Of a DNA stretch of 64,000 nucleotides, positions 10,705 through 20,119 are shown piece by piece (the stretch's first letter is position 1; the number at the start of each line of letters is the position of its first letter). This stretch comes from Candidatus Dormiibacterota bacterium (GTDB lineage: Bacteria; Chloroflexota; Dormibacteria; Aeolococcales; Aeolococcaceae). The notes below the pieces were generated by a model that made no database searches, was not told where the DNA came from, and saw only the letters and a program-made list of their open reading frames with translations. The translations under genes and the position numbers were made by a program. The stretch lies in the NCBI GenBank assembly GCA_963791435.1, contig CAWBSL010000003.1, positions 186,320-250,319 on the forward strand, in the 5' to 3' direction.

Positions 10705-11412
10705 ATGCACAAACGTCTGCTGCTTCACGCCGGCGGTGACGGCACCTCTGCGCGGACTGCCGTCTTCGATCATCTCCGCGGGGCCAGGCGCGCCGTGATG
10801 ATCCCGTACGCGCAGAGCGACCACGATCGGGCCACCGCTCGATTTGCGGAGTGGCTCACCCCAGTTGGTGTCGAGATCACCGGCTTGCACAGCGTCGGTG
10901 ACCCAGTCGCCGCGATTGCGAACAGTGAAGCCGTCTTCGTGACGGGTGGCAACAGCTTCCGGCTCGTGAGCGCACTCCACCGGTTGGGCCTGATCGCGCC
11001 CGTGCGCGCGGCAATCGAACGCGGCATCCCGTACTTCGGTGCCAGCGCGGGCTCCAACGTCGCGTGCCCGACCATCCGGACGACCAACGACATGCCGATC
11101 GTGCAGCCGCCGAGTTTCGCCGCGTTCAACCTGGTGCCGTTCCAGATCAACCCGCACTACATCGATCCGCCGCCTCCGGAGGCGCGCGTGGGCGAGACGC
11201 GCGAAGAGCGCCTGCGGGAGTTCCTCGAGGAGAACGACGCGACCGTGGTGGCGCTTCGCGAGCAGAGCTGGCTCGAGATCGACGGGCCCGCCATGCGCCT
11301 CGTGGGGACCGGTGGGGCAGTTCTACTCAGAAGGGGCGCGGAAGCTCAGCAGCTGCACGGCGGTGACGACCTCTCCGAGCTCCTCCTCGAAACGCCTCGC
11401 TACGACGTCTGA
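10705..11412 (+). CDS. pepE: Dipeptidase E (peptidase S51)
   Basis: VTGGNSF, GASAGSN, PTIRTTNDMPIV, FQINPHY, GETREERL. Confidence 0.94.
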   Translation: MHKRLLLHAGGDGTSARTAVFDHLRGARRAVMIPYAQSDHDRATARFAEWLTPVGVEITGLHSVGDPVAAIANSEAVFVTGGNSFRLVSALHRLGLIAPVRAAIERGIPYFGASAGSNVACPTIRTTNDMPIVQPPSFAAFNLVPFQINPHYIDPPPPEARVGETREERLREFLEENDATVVALREQSWLEIDGPAMRLVGTGGAVLLRRGAEAQQLHGGDDLSELLLETPRYDV

Positions 11413-11453
11413 GGGCCCCTTCCGCGAGTTTGGCAGACGTACATTTGTTTGCG

Positions 11454-11519
11454 TTGACGCATCACCACACACCTGTTAGGGTTCGGCGCGCCGGTGGAGA
11501 AGAATGGTGAGTAGTGGGG
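11454..11519 (+). promoter_or_regulatory. dcw promoter with MraZ-binding repeats
   Basis: TTGACG (11454), 17-nt spacer, TGnTAGGGT; then GTGGAG / ATGGTG / GTGGGG at 11494, 11504 and 11514 (10-bp period typical of MraZ operators). Confidence 0.75.
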
Positions 11520-11527
11520 ACGCTGAC

Positions 11528-12031
11528 GTGACGACGGTGAGGCTCGAGCAAACGCAGGTCGACGTGGGTGTCGCCGCGCTCTGCGGAACTTACCACCACC
11601 ACGTCGACGAAAAAGGTCGCGTCGCGATTCCCGCCCAGATGCGCCGCTACCTTCCCGAAGGCAGCATGGTCGCCCAGGCGGCCGACACCCGCCTCATGAT
11701 CTGGCCCCCGCATGAGTGGGCGATGCACACCGAGTTCTTCCTGCGGACCACCGAGACCGAGGCACAGCGGCGCCGCTTTCTGCGCATCCTCCACGCCAAG
11801 GCGTCGAACTTCGATGTGGACGCGCAGGGACGCCTCCTGCTGACCGCCCCCCAGCGCGCGTTCGCGCGCATCGTCGACCAGGTCGTCTTCGTCGGCGTCG
11901 GCAAAGGCGTCGAGGTGATCGCTCACGAGATCTGGAAGGCCGAAGAGGAACCGCTCAGCGCCGAAGACTTCACCCAGGTCTGGGATCTCGTCCACCAGAG
12001 CGGGACGTCCGCATCCTCGTCGCCGGCGTGA
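11528..12031 (+). CDS. mraZ: Division/cell-wall transcriptional repressor MraZ
   Basis: GTYHHHVDEKGRVAIP and DAQGRLLL motifs; first gene of dcw; start uncertain. Confidence 0.93.
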   Translation: MTTVRLEQTQVDVGVAALCGTYHHHVDEKGRVAIPAQMRRYLPEGSMVAQAADTRLMIWPPHEWAMHTEFFLRTTETEAQRRRFLRILHAKASNFDVDAQGRLLLTAPQRAFARIVDQVVFVGVGKGVEVIAHEIWKAEEEPLSAEDFTQVWDLVHQSGTSASSSPA

Positions 12032-12058
12032 GCGCCCCAGACGGATCCGCCCCAAAAC

Positions 12059-13078
12059 ATGACCATCCCCCTGTCGTTCGTGGCCGGCATGGGGATTCTC
12101 GACGACGCCACGCCCGGTTCCCCACCGCCTGACGGCGCGGGTCACCGGCCGGTCCTTCTCACACCCCTTATAGAGAGCCTGCAGCCCCGGCCCGGGCAGA
12201 TCGCCGTCGACGCCACGTTCGGCGCGGGCGGGGTCACGGCCGCGCTCATCGAGCGTGTCTCCCCGGGCGGCCGGGTGATCGCGATCGATCGCGATCAGAG
12301 CGCTGTCGACGCTGGTCGCGCCCGTTTCGGCGCGAGCGGCGACGCGGTCGAGATCGCTCAAGGTGACTTCGCAGACCTGGAGGCCATCGTCCACGGTCTC
12401 GGCGTGACGGCCGTCGACATCGTCGCCTTCGATCTCGGCATCTCGTCCCTCCAGCTCGACGACCCGGCCCGCGGCTTCAGCTTCCGCTTCGACGGACCGC
12501 TCGACATGCGCATGGACTCGACGTCCGGCGTCACCGCCGCGCACCTCGTCGACTCCCTGACGGCGGACCAGCTGATGTCGATGATCCGCGACTACGGCGA
12601 CGAGCGATTCGCACGAGCGATCGCTACACGAATCGTCAGAACGCGGGAGCGAACCCCGATCACCACCACGACGCAGCTTCGTGAGCTCGTTGAGCAGGTG
12701 GTGCCCCGGCGGTTCTGGCCAAAGCGGATTCACCCCGCGACGCGCACGTTCCAGGCGCTTCGCATCGCGGTGAACCACGAGCTCGAAAGCCTCGAACGAG
12801 GCCTGCAGGCAGCAATCAGCATCCTCCGGCCCGGTGGGCGTCTTGGGGTCATCTCCTTCCACTCTCTCGAGGACACCCTTGTAAAGAACGCACTCCACGT
12901 CGCAGCTCAGAATTGTGTCTGTCCACCCCAACAGCCCCACTGCACCTGCGTCCACCGGGCCACACTCTTTCTCCTCACCCGCAAGGTGATCCGGCCCGAT
13001 CCGGCCGAACTGGCGACCAACCCGAGATCTCGCTCGGCGCGCCTTCGAGTTGCGGAGAAGCTCGCCACCCAGGGGTGA
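12059..13078 (+). CDS. rsmH: 16S rRNA m4C1402 methyltransferase
   Basis: HRPVLL, DATFGAGG, DLGISSLQLD..RGFSF, LDMRM, HPATRTFQALRIAVN, ISFHSLED, NPRSRSARLR. Confidence 0.97.
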   Translation: MTIPLSFVAGMGILDDATPGSPPPDGAGHRPVLLTPLIESLQPRPGQIAVDATFGAGGVTAALIERVSPGGRVIAIDRDQSAVDAGRARFGASGDAVEIAQGDFADLEAIVHGLGVTAVDIVAFDLGISSLQLDDPARGFSFRFDGPLDMRMDSTSGVTAAHLVDSLTADQLMSMIRDYGDERFARAIATRIVRTRERTPITTTTQLRELVEQVVPRRFWPKRIHPATRTFQALRIAVNHELESLERGLQAAISILRPGGRLGVISFHSLEDTLVKNALHVAAQNCVCPPQQPHCTCVHRATLFLLTRKVIRPDPAELATNPRSRSARLRVAEKLATQG

Positions 13079-13233
13079 CGGGCGCCTCGTCTTCCTCAAC
13101 GCCTCACTTCGCGCCCCAAGGGGGGAGCCGCGCCTGGCGCGTCTCCCCCCGCCACCCTTCGTGCGGCCGACCCGGCACCGTCGGTGCCCCTCCATCGTCT
13201 CTCTCAAACGTTTCACCACTGGAGATCAGGGCA

Positions 13234-13724
13234 GTGCCCAACTTGCGTTTCGCACATCGAGTTCGACCGCGGGTCGACCCCGACGGCAGCCGGCGTCGAC
13301 GACGTTCCCTTCGAACCGCTCGTGCGACGGCTGCGCATCCGCCGCGGCGGACCACGGACGCCGCTGCCGTTGCTGCCGGTGATCGCGGTCGCCGCCGGCA
13401 TCGGCATCGCGTACGTCAACCAGACGGCGCACGTCACCACCGCCACGTATCAGGCGACGCGCCTCGAGTTCGCGTCAGCAGCAGCTCGTCGCCGAGAACC
13501 TGCAGCTCGGCGCCGAGCTCTCCCGCCTCGAATCGTCGGAACGGATCATCTACGCGGCGCAGAGCATGGGCATGCGCCCGGCCGCAAAGTGGTCCTGGGT
13601 CGCCGCTGCTCCCCACAACGTCATCGCGTCGCCGCCGGAGCAGCTGACCGCGAATGACACCGGCACCGCCCTGCAGCAGCTCGTCGGGGCGCTCGACGGC
13701 GCCTTCGGTGGCGCCGGTCGATGA
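13234..13724 (+). CDS. ftsL: FtsL-like cell division protein; two apparent frameshifts (13259-13264, 13466-13471)
   Basis: Lies between rsmH and ftsI. The corrected frame gives a basic N-terminus, one TM segment (LLPVIAVAAGIGIAYV) and a coiled coil LESRQQQLVAENLQLGAELSRLESSERIIYAAQSMGM. Confidence 0.75.
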
Positions 13725-15490
13725 ACCCGCGTCGCCGCTCGCCGGGATCCGCCCGCGCCGCTCATGCGCGCGCTTTCGCGGAACCGGATCTTCGCCGGCG
13801 CGGCCTCTGGCTGGTGCTCATCTTTCTCGCGATGGCGACTGCGGTCTTCGGCCGCCTGGTGCAGATCCAGGTGATCCAGGGCAAGTCGCTGGCGCTGGCC
13901 GCGGCCGAGTCGCACACGACATCGATCACGTTGCACGCGACACGCGGCGTGATCCTCGATCGCGACGGACGGGTCCTGGTGAGCAATGTCCAGGTCTTCG
14001 ACGTGTTCGCCGACCCTGCGCTCATCGCCGCATCAGACCGTGCGCAGGTCGCCGGCATGCTTGCACCGATCCTGCAGGCGAGCCCGGCGCAGGTCCTGCA
14101 TGCGCTGAACCAGCCAAACCAGTTCGACTACCTCAAGAAAGGCGTTTCCCAGGATGTGAACGACAAGCTCCAGGCGCTTGGGTTGAGTGGCATCGGCACC
14201 ATCCCGTCGGAAGAGAGCGTCTACGACCCGTCGCCAGTCCCCGGCAACTCGTTTGCCGCGAACCTGCTCGGCTTCGTCAACAACGACGGGGTCGGCCAGT
14301 ACGGGCTGGAGGGGTATTACAACTCCATCCTTTCTGGAGTCAACGGCCACGAGTCCACGCTCACCGACGTCAACGGCAATGCGATCGTCCTCGGCAAACA
14401 GCAGACGGTTCCCGCCAAGAACGGCGATAACCTCGAATTGGGGCTCGACCCGCAGATCCAGTATGGGGCAGAGGTCGCACTCGCCAACGGAGTCAACTCG
14501 TCGCACTCGGTCTCCGGCACGCTCATGATCATGGACACCAAGACCGGCGCGATCGACGCCTGGGCGCAGTACCCATCCTATAACGCCAACGAGTACACCA
14601 CGGCGCCCATCGCCGACTTCCGCGATCTCGCGGTGACCCAGCCGTACGAGCCGGGATCGATCATGAAGGTCATCACCTTTGCCGGCGGGCTCAACAACAA
14701 TGCCTTCACGCCGAAGACGGTCATCGATGAGAAGCAGCAGCGCATCGACGGCTTCCTCATCCATGACTGGGACCGGCGCTCCCACGGCGACGTGACCATG
14801 CAGTGGGTGCTCGACGACTCGCTGAACAACGGGGCCATCGACGCCGAGAAGATGGAAGGTCAGAACGCCTTCTACAACAACCTGCTCGCCTTCGGCATGG
14901 GCGCGCCGACGGGGGTCGACCTGGCCGGCGAGGTCAACGATCCACTCGCACCGGAGTCGTCCTGGAACGCCCTGAGGTACGCGGAAGCCTCCTTCGGGCA
15001 GGGGCTCGTCACCACTCCGGTGGAGATGCTCGCCGGCGTGAACGCCGTCGCCAACGGCGGAGTCTGGGTGCAGCCGCATGCCGTGGACGCGATCATCAAC
15101 CCCAACACCGCCACGACGACGCCGTTCGTTCCGGTCACCCGCCGCGTCATGTCGGCCACCGCTGCGGCTACCCTCGCGAAGATGATGGTGGGTGTGGTGA
15201 ATGATCCAGGCGCCGAAGGGAAGCGGGCCAGGATCTCCGGCTACAGCATGGAGATCGCGGGCAAGACGGGGACGGCCCAGGTCGCGCTTCCGAATGGAGG
15301 AGGCTACGGTCCGAACGTGGTGGCGTCGTTCGTCGGCTTCATGCCGGCGACGGACCCGCAGTTCACGATGATGGTCATCCTGAACAACCCGCAGGTGGTG
15401 GCCGAGAACCGGTTCGGCTCCATCCTCGCGGCGCCGATCTGGAAGCAGGTGGCCGAAATGATCATCGCCGACTGGCGCATCAAGCCGTGA
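13721..15490 (+). CDS. ftsI: Class B penicillin-binding protein (FtsI-like)
   Basis: N-terminal TM, RGVILDRDG, GLEGYYN, YEPGSIMK (SxxK), SLN (SxN), GKTGTAQ. Confidence 0.93.
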   Translation: MNPRRRSPGSARAAHARAFAEPDLRRRGLWLVLIFLAMATAVFGRLVQIQVIQGKSLALAAAESHTTSITLHATRGVILDRDGRVLVSNVQVFDVFADPALIAASDRAQVAGMLAPILQASPAQVLHALNQPNQFDYLKKGVSQDVNDKLQALGLSGIGTIPSEESVYDPSPVPGNSFAANLLGFVNNDGVGQYGLEGYYNSILSGVNGHESTLTDVNGNAIVLGKQQTVPAKNGDNLELGLDPQIQYGAEVALANGVNSSHSVSGTLMIMDTKTGAIDAWAQYPSYNANEYTTAPIADFRDLAVTQPYEPGSIMKVITFAGGLNNNAFTPKTVIDEKQQRIDGFLIHDWDRRSHGDVTMQWVLDDSLNNGAIDAEKMEGQNAFYNNLLAFGMGAPTGVDLAGEVNDPLAPESSWNALRYAEASFGQGLVTTPVEMLAGVNAVANGGVWVQPHAVDAIINPNTATTTPFVPVTRRVMSATAAATLAKMMVGVVNDPGAEGKRARISGYSMEIAGKTGTAQVALPNGGGYGPNVVASFVGFMPATDPQFTMMVILNNPQVVAENRFGSILAAPIWKQVAEMIIADWRIKP

Positions 15491-16446
15491 GAGAGACGAT
15501 CGTCGTCGGCGTGCTCGCGTTCGTCGCCGGTGTGGTGCTCTATCCCGCGTTCATCGGCTTGCTCGTTCGCCTCGGCGCCCGGCAGCACGTCGCGTCGTAC
15601 AGCCCGGCCTCCCACCGCGCGAAGGAGGGGACTCCAACGCTCGGTGGTGTGCTGTTCTGCCTCGTCGCGATCGTGGCCTGGCTCGCGGTCGACCGCACGC
15701 GCTCGGGCTTCGTCGTGGTCTTCGCCCTGGTCGCCGGTGCGATTGCCGGTGGTCTCGACGACGTCGTGAACATCAGCGACATCAGCCGTCTCGGGCTCAC
15801 GGTCTGGCAGAAGCTGGGCCTGCAGGGCATCACGGGGGTGCTCGTCGGCATCGGCTTGACGATCGCCGGCTTCACGCATCAGTTCTTTCCCGGGCTCGGT
15901 GCGCCGAATCTTGGGTGGGGGCTTGCGGTAGTCGTTGCCATCGCCGTGGTTGCGACCAGCAATGCCGTCAACCTGACCGACGGCGCGGATGGGCTCGCGG
16001 CATCGTGCACGGCGCTTGCGTTCGTCGGCATCGCGATTGTCGCTGTCTCGCGCAACGAGCTTCCGGTCGCGCTGCTCGCTGTCGCGCTCGCCGGTGCGGT
16101 CGTTGCGTTCCTGCTCTTCAACTGGTTTCCCGCGCGCGTCTTCATGGGGGACGCCGGATCGCTTGCGCTCGGCAGCGCGATCGTTGCGCTCACCGCGGAG
16201 TTGCACCTCATCTGGTTCCTCCCGGTGCTCGGCATCGTGTTCGTGGTCGAGGCCGCAAGTGTCGTCGTCAACGTCACGGCCATCCGGAGGTTCGGGACTC
16301 GCGTGTTCCGCGCAAGCCCGATCCATCATCACTTCGAGGAACTCGGGCTTCGCGAACAGCGGCTCGTCGTCGCGTTCGCGGCTGCAGCCGCCGTCGGTGC
16401 GGCGATCACCGTGCTCTACGCGCACGTGGCCGGGCCGGTTTCGTGA
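15487..16446 (+). CDS. mraY: Phospho-N-acetylmuramoyl-pentapeptide transferase
   Basis: KEGTPTLGG, NAVNLTDGADGL, FMGDAGSLALG, SPIHHHFE. Confidence 0.96.
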   Translation: MRETIVVGVLAFVAGVVLYPAFIGLLVRLGARQHVASYSPASHRAKEGTPTLGGVLFCLVAIVAWLAVDRTRSGFVVVFALVAGAIAGGLDDVVNISDISRLGLTVWQKLGLQGITGVLVGIGLTIAGFTHQFFPGLGAPNLGWGLAVVVAIAVVATSNAVNLTDGADGLAASCTALAFVGIAIVAVSRNELPVALLAVALAGAVVAFLLFNWFPARVFMGDAGSLALGSAIVALTAELHLIWFLPVLGIVFVVEAASVVVNVTAIRRFGTRVFRASPIHHHFEELGLREQRLVVAFAAAAAVGAAITVLYAHVAGPVS

Positions 16447-17807
16447 CGGAGAAGTCGGTCGTGGTGATCGGGGCCGGCCGCAGCGGCCTCGCGTGTGCAT
16501 CGACTCTGGCTCGCGAAGGGCACCACGTGGTGCTGGCAGACCGCGCCGACACGCGGTCGATTCGCGAGCGCATAGCGTCGCTCCCCGGCACCGTAGAGTT
16601 GCGTCTCGGCGGTTATCCGGATGACATCGCTGCGGATGCGCTCATGGTCTGCCCGAGCCCGGGAGTGCCGTGGAATGCGCCGGAGCTCGAGATCGCGCGC
16701 GCTCATGGCGTGCCGGTCCGTAGCGAGATGGATCTCGTGTTCGAGCGCTGCCGCGCGCGCATCTGCGGCATCACCGGGACCAACGGGAAGACGACCACCA
16801 CGGCGCTCGTCGCCGCGATTCTGGAGCGTGCCGGTGAGCGGGTCCACCTCGGTGGAAATATCGGGGTCACGATGCTCGACCGTCTCGACGGAGTTGGCGA
16901 CACCGACTGGGTGGTCCTCGAGCTCTCGTCGTTCCAGATCGAGTCGGTGCTCGAGCCGCGATGCGCCATCGCGTGCGTCCTCAACGTCACCCCGGATCAT
17001 CTCGACCGCCACGGTGACTTTGCGGCGTACGCCGAGACCAAGCGGCGCCTGGTCCGTTTCGCGCTCGACGACGCTGTCCTCGGATTCGATGACCCGGTGA
17101 CTCGCGAGATGGCGGCCGTCGCGACCTGCCGGGTGCACCAGTTCGGGCTCGAACCCGGCATCAGCGATGGCGCAACGCGTGCGGGCGAAGACGTTGTCAT
17201 CGCCGAGGAAGGACGCGTGACGACCGTGCTGCCGGTGGCCGATATCCCGCTCTTTGGCGTGCACAACCTCCAGAACGTGCTCGCGGCAGTTGCCGTGGCC
17301 CGCGCTGCCGGGGTGGCGACATCCCCGATTGCCGGTGCGGTCCGGGAGTTCCACGCCGTGCCGCATCGCCTCCAGACAATTCGCGATGAGGACGGGATTC
17401 TCTGGGTGAACGACAGCAAGGCAACCAACGTCGAATCCGCGGTCGCCGCGCTCCGCTCGTTTCCCGGCCGGACGATCGTGTGGATCGGGGGCGGCAAGGG
17501 CGCCGGGACGTCAATCGAACCACTCGCAGACGAAGTTGCCGCGCGGGCGCGCTACGCCGTGCTCAACGGCGCGAGCGCGGCCGAGCTCGACGAGGCGCTG
17601 GCGCGACGCGGCTTCGAAGCTCGAGCGATCGTGCCGGGGCTCGAGGACGCGGTCGTCGCGGCAGCTGAGATCACTCGACCCGGCGATGTGGTGCTGCTTG
17701 CGCCCGGGTACAAGAGCTTCGACCAGTTCGTCGACTTCGAGGATCGCGGCCGCGCTTTCGGGGAGGTCGTTGCGCGCATCGCAACCCACCCGGTGAGCAA
17801 CGCCTGA
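16443..17807 (+). CDS. murD: UDP-MurNAc-L-Ala:D-Glu ligase
   Basis: GAGRSG, SPGVP, GITGTNGKTTT, ELSSFQ, PDHLDRH, NDSKATN, SFDQF. Confidence 0.96.
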   Translation: MTEKSVVVIGAGRSGLACASTLAREGHHVVLADRADTRSIRERIASLPGTVELRLGGYPDDIAADALMVCPSPGVPWNAPELEIARAHGVPVRSEMDLVFERCRARICGITGTNGKTTTTALVAAILERAGERVHLGGNIGVTMLDRLDGVGDTDWVVLELSSFQIESVLEPRCAIACVLNVTPDHLDRHGDFAAYAETKRRLVRFALDDAVLGFDDPVTREMAAVATCRVHQFGLEPGISDGATRAGEDVVIAEEGRVTTVLPVADIPLFGVHNLQNVLAAVAVARAAGVATSPIAGAVREFHAVPHRLQTIRDEDGILWVNDSKATNVESAVAALRSFPGRTIVWIGGGKGAGTSIEPLADEVAARARYAVLNGASAAELDEALARRGFEARAIVPGLEDAVVAAAEITRPGDVVLLAPGYKSFDQFVDFEDRGRAFGEVVARIATHPVSNA

Positions 17808-19102
17808 TGGCGACCCAGACCGGCAAGCTGACCGGCGCCCTGGCAGGAAAGTGGCGCTGGCGGGGAGGGTCCCGGGTGGCCGGCGCGTTCGCGTCGGCGG
17901 ATCGGGCCGCTGCCGCTGCCGGCGTCGACGGCTGGCTGATGATCACCGTCGTCGGCCTCGTCGGCTTCGGGCTCGTGATGGTCTACAGCGCCTCGGAGGC
18001 GCTCGGATTCCTCTGGTACAACGACCCCAATTACTTCTTCGCCCACCAGCTGATCGGGGCCGCGCTCGGCGGTGCCGGCCTCGTGGTGGCGGCTCGACTC
18101 GACTACCACCGGCTCTCCCGGCTCGCCCGACCGGCGATGGCGGTGATGCTGGTGCTGCTCGTCGTGGTGCTGATCCCGCACGTGGGCGCCCAGCACTTCG
18201 GCGCCCAGCGCTGGTTCCAGTTCGGGCCGCTCTCGGTGCAGCCGTCCGCGATCGCCGTCGGGGTCGCGATCGTCTTCTTCTCACGCTGGCTCACCGATCG
18301 CGAAGGCTCGGTGCGCAGCCTTCGTGGCGTCCGCGACTACATCATCGTGCTGGTGCTGCTGCTCGGCCTCGTCCTGGCGGAGCGCGACTTCGGCAGCTCG
18401 ATCGTCATCGCCGCGACGGCGCTGATCCTGCTTGCCCTGGCCGGGGCCCGGAAACGCCACCTCCTCATGATCGTCATCGGCTTCGGCGCCACCAGCGCTG
18501 CGCTGGTCGGGCTCGTCGCATACCGGGCCGACCGGCTCGTTCACTTCCTCAATCCCTGCGCGGCGGCGCTCGGATCCGGGTTCCAGAACTGCCAGGCCCT
18601 CTACGCGTTCGGCTCAGGCGGGATCTTCGGTGTTGGTCTCGGCAACTCGGTGCAGAAGTACGAGTGGCTGCCCGAGGCGCATACCGACTTCATCTTCGCG
18701 ATCATCGGCGAGGAGCTCGGCCTGATCGGAACCGTCTCCGTGCTTGCGGCGTTCCTGTTCCTTGCGTGGCGCGGTGTTCGCGCCTCGCTCCGGGCGCCCG
18801 ATCGATTCGGCGCCCTGCTCGCGGGAGGCATCACCACGTGGATCTGCATGCAGGCGTTCATCAACGTGATGGCGGTGACCGGCGTCATCCCGACCACGGG
18901 CATCCCGCTGCCCTTCATCAGCTACGGTGGCACCTCGCTGGCGACCACCCTCGTGGGCATGGGCATCTTGCTCAACATCTCAGCCCAGGGTCGACGGCAG
19001 GGGACCACGAATCGTGCGCACGCTGATAGCCGGGGGCGGAACTGGGGGCCACCTGACCCCGGCGCTGGCGGTCGCGCTCGCGCTCCGAGACAGCCGACCT
19101 GA
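17807..19102 (+). CDS. ftsW: SEDS peptidoglycan polymerase FtsW
   Basis: GLVMVYSAS, GAQRW, LPEAHTDFIFAIIGEELG, TGIPLPFISYGG. Confidence 0.96.
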   Translation: MATQTGKLTGALAGKWRWRGGSRVAGAFASADRAAAAAGVDGWLMITVVGLVGFGLVMVYSASEALGFLWYNDPNYFFAHQLIGAALGGAGLVVAARLDYHRLSRLARPAMAVMLVLLVVVLIPHVGAQHFGAQRWFQFGPLSVQPSAIAVGVAIVFFSRWLTDREGSVRSLRGVRDYIIVLVLLLGLVLAERDFGSSIVIAATALILLALAGARKRHLLMIVIGFGATSAALVGLVAYRADRLVHFLNPCAAALGSGFQNCQALYAFGSGGIFGVGLGNSVQKYEWLPEAHTDFIFAIIGEELGLIGTVSVLAAFLFLAWRGVRASLRAPDRFGALLAGGITTWICMQAFINVMAVTGVIPTTGIPLPFISYGGTSLATTLVGMGILLNISAQGRRQGTTNRAHADSRGRNWGPPDPGAGGRARAPRQPT

Positions 19103-20117
19103 CGACGAGGTGGCCGTCGTCGGCCGCCGGGACGGCGTCGCGGAGCGGCTCGTGGTCGCGGCAGGACTCCGCCTCGAGGTGCTCGATATCAGCGGCGTCG
19201 ACGTGGGCAGCGCGGGTGGGGTCGCACGTGCGACGACGCAGTTGACGCGGGCAACCATCGCGGCACGCCGCCTCCTTCGCGCCATGCGGCCTGATGTCGT
19301 CGTCGGCGCGGGCGGCTACGTGTCCGTCCCGGTCGTGGTGGCGGCGCTCGCGCAGCGAATCCCGGTGGTGCTCCTCGAGCAGAATGCGGTCCCGGGGAGG
19401 GCCACGCGGATGCTCGCCCGGCGAGCCCGGGTTGTCGCCGCCTCATTTGCAGAGACTGCAGCACACCTGCCGCATGCCCGTGTCGTCCACACCGGAAATC
19501 CGATCCGCGCCGAGGTTCGGGCCATCAGCACGCGCCCGATCGGCGACCGACTGCGCTCGATCCTCGTGACCGGCGGATCCCAGGGCGCACGGCGGCTCAA
19601 TCGCGCTGTGGCAGGCTGCATGGTCGAGTTGCTCAGCAGCGACCCGGAGCTGACCATCGTTCACCAGTGCGGCAGCCTCGACTTCGAAGCGGTGCAGCGA
19701 GCCGCCGAAGCGCTGCCGCCGCGCCTCGCCGCGCGTTACACCGCGAGCGCCTTCTTCGATGACATGGCCCCGCGAATCGCTGCGAGCGACCTCGTCGTCA
19801 TGCGCGCAGGCGGATCGTCACTCGCGGAATGCTCGGCGCTGGGACGGCCGATGATCGTGGTCCCGTATCCACACGCCGGTGGCCATCAGCGCCACAACGC
19901 CGCTCCCTATGTCGCCGCCGGCGCCGCGATGTTGATCGACGATGCGGAGTGCACTCCGGAGCGGCTTGGCGCGGAGATCACAGCGCTGGTCAACAACTCG
20001 TCGCGGTGGCGGGCGATGGCCGCCGCGAGTGCCGAGCTTGGGCTTCCGGACGCCACGGATGCGGTGGTCCGGCTCATCGTCGAGGCCGCAGGACCAAGTC
20101 GGAGCAAGGCGGCCTGA
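19014..20117 (+). CDS. murG: Lipid I GlcNAc transferase
   Basis: AGGGTGGH, GGYVS, EQNAVPG, TGNPIR, GGSQGA, HQRHNA. Confidence 0.96.
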   Translation: MRTLIAGGGTGGHLTPALAVALALRDSRPDDEVAVVGRRDGVAERLVVAAGLRLEVLDISGVDVGSAGGVARATTQLTRATIAARRLLRAMRPDVVVGAGGYVSVPVVVAALAQRIPVVLLEQNAVPGRATRMLARRARVVAASFAETAAHLPHARVVHTGNPIRAEVRAISTRPIGDRLRSILVTGGSQGARRLNRAVAGCMVELLSSDPELTIVHQCGSLDFEAVQRAAEALPPRLAARYTASAFFDDMAPRIAASDLVVMRAGGSSLAECSALGRPMIVVPYPHAGGHQRHNAAPYVAAGAAMLIDDAECTPERLGAEITALVNNSSRWRAMAAASAELGLPDATDAVVRLIVEAAGPSRSKAA

Positions 20118-20119
20118 CG

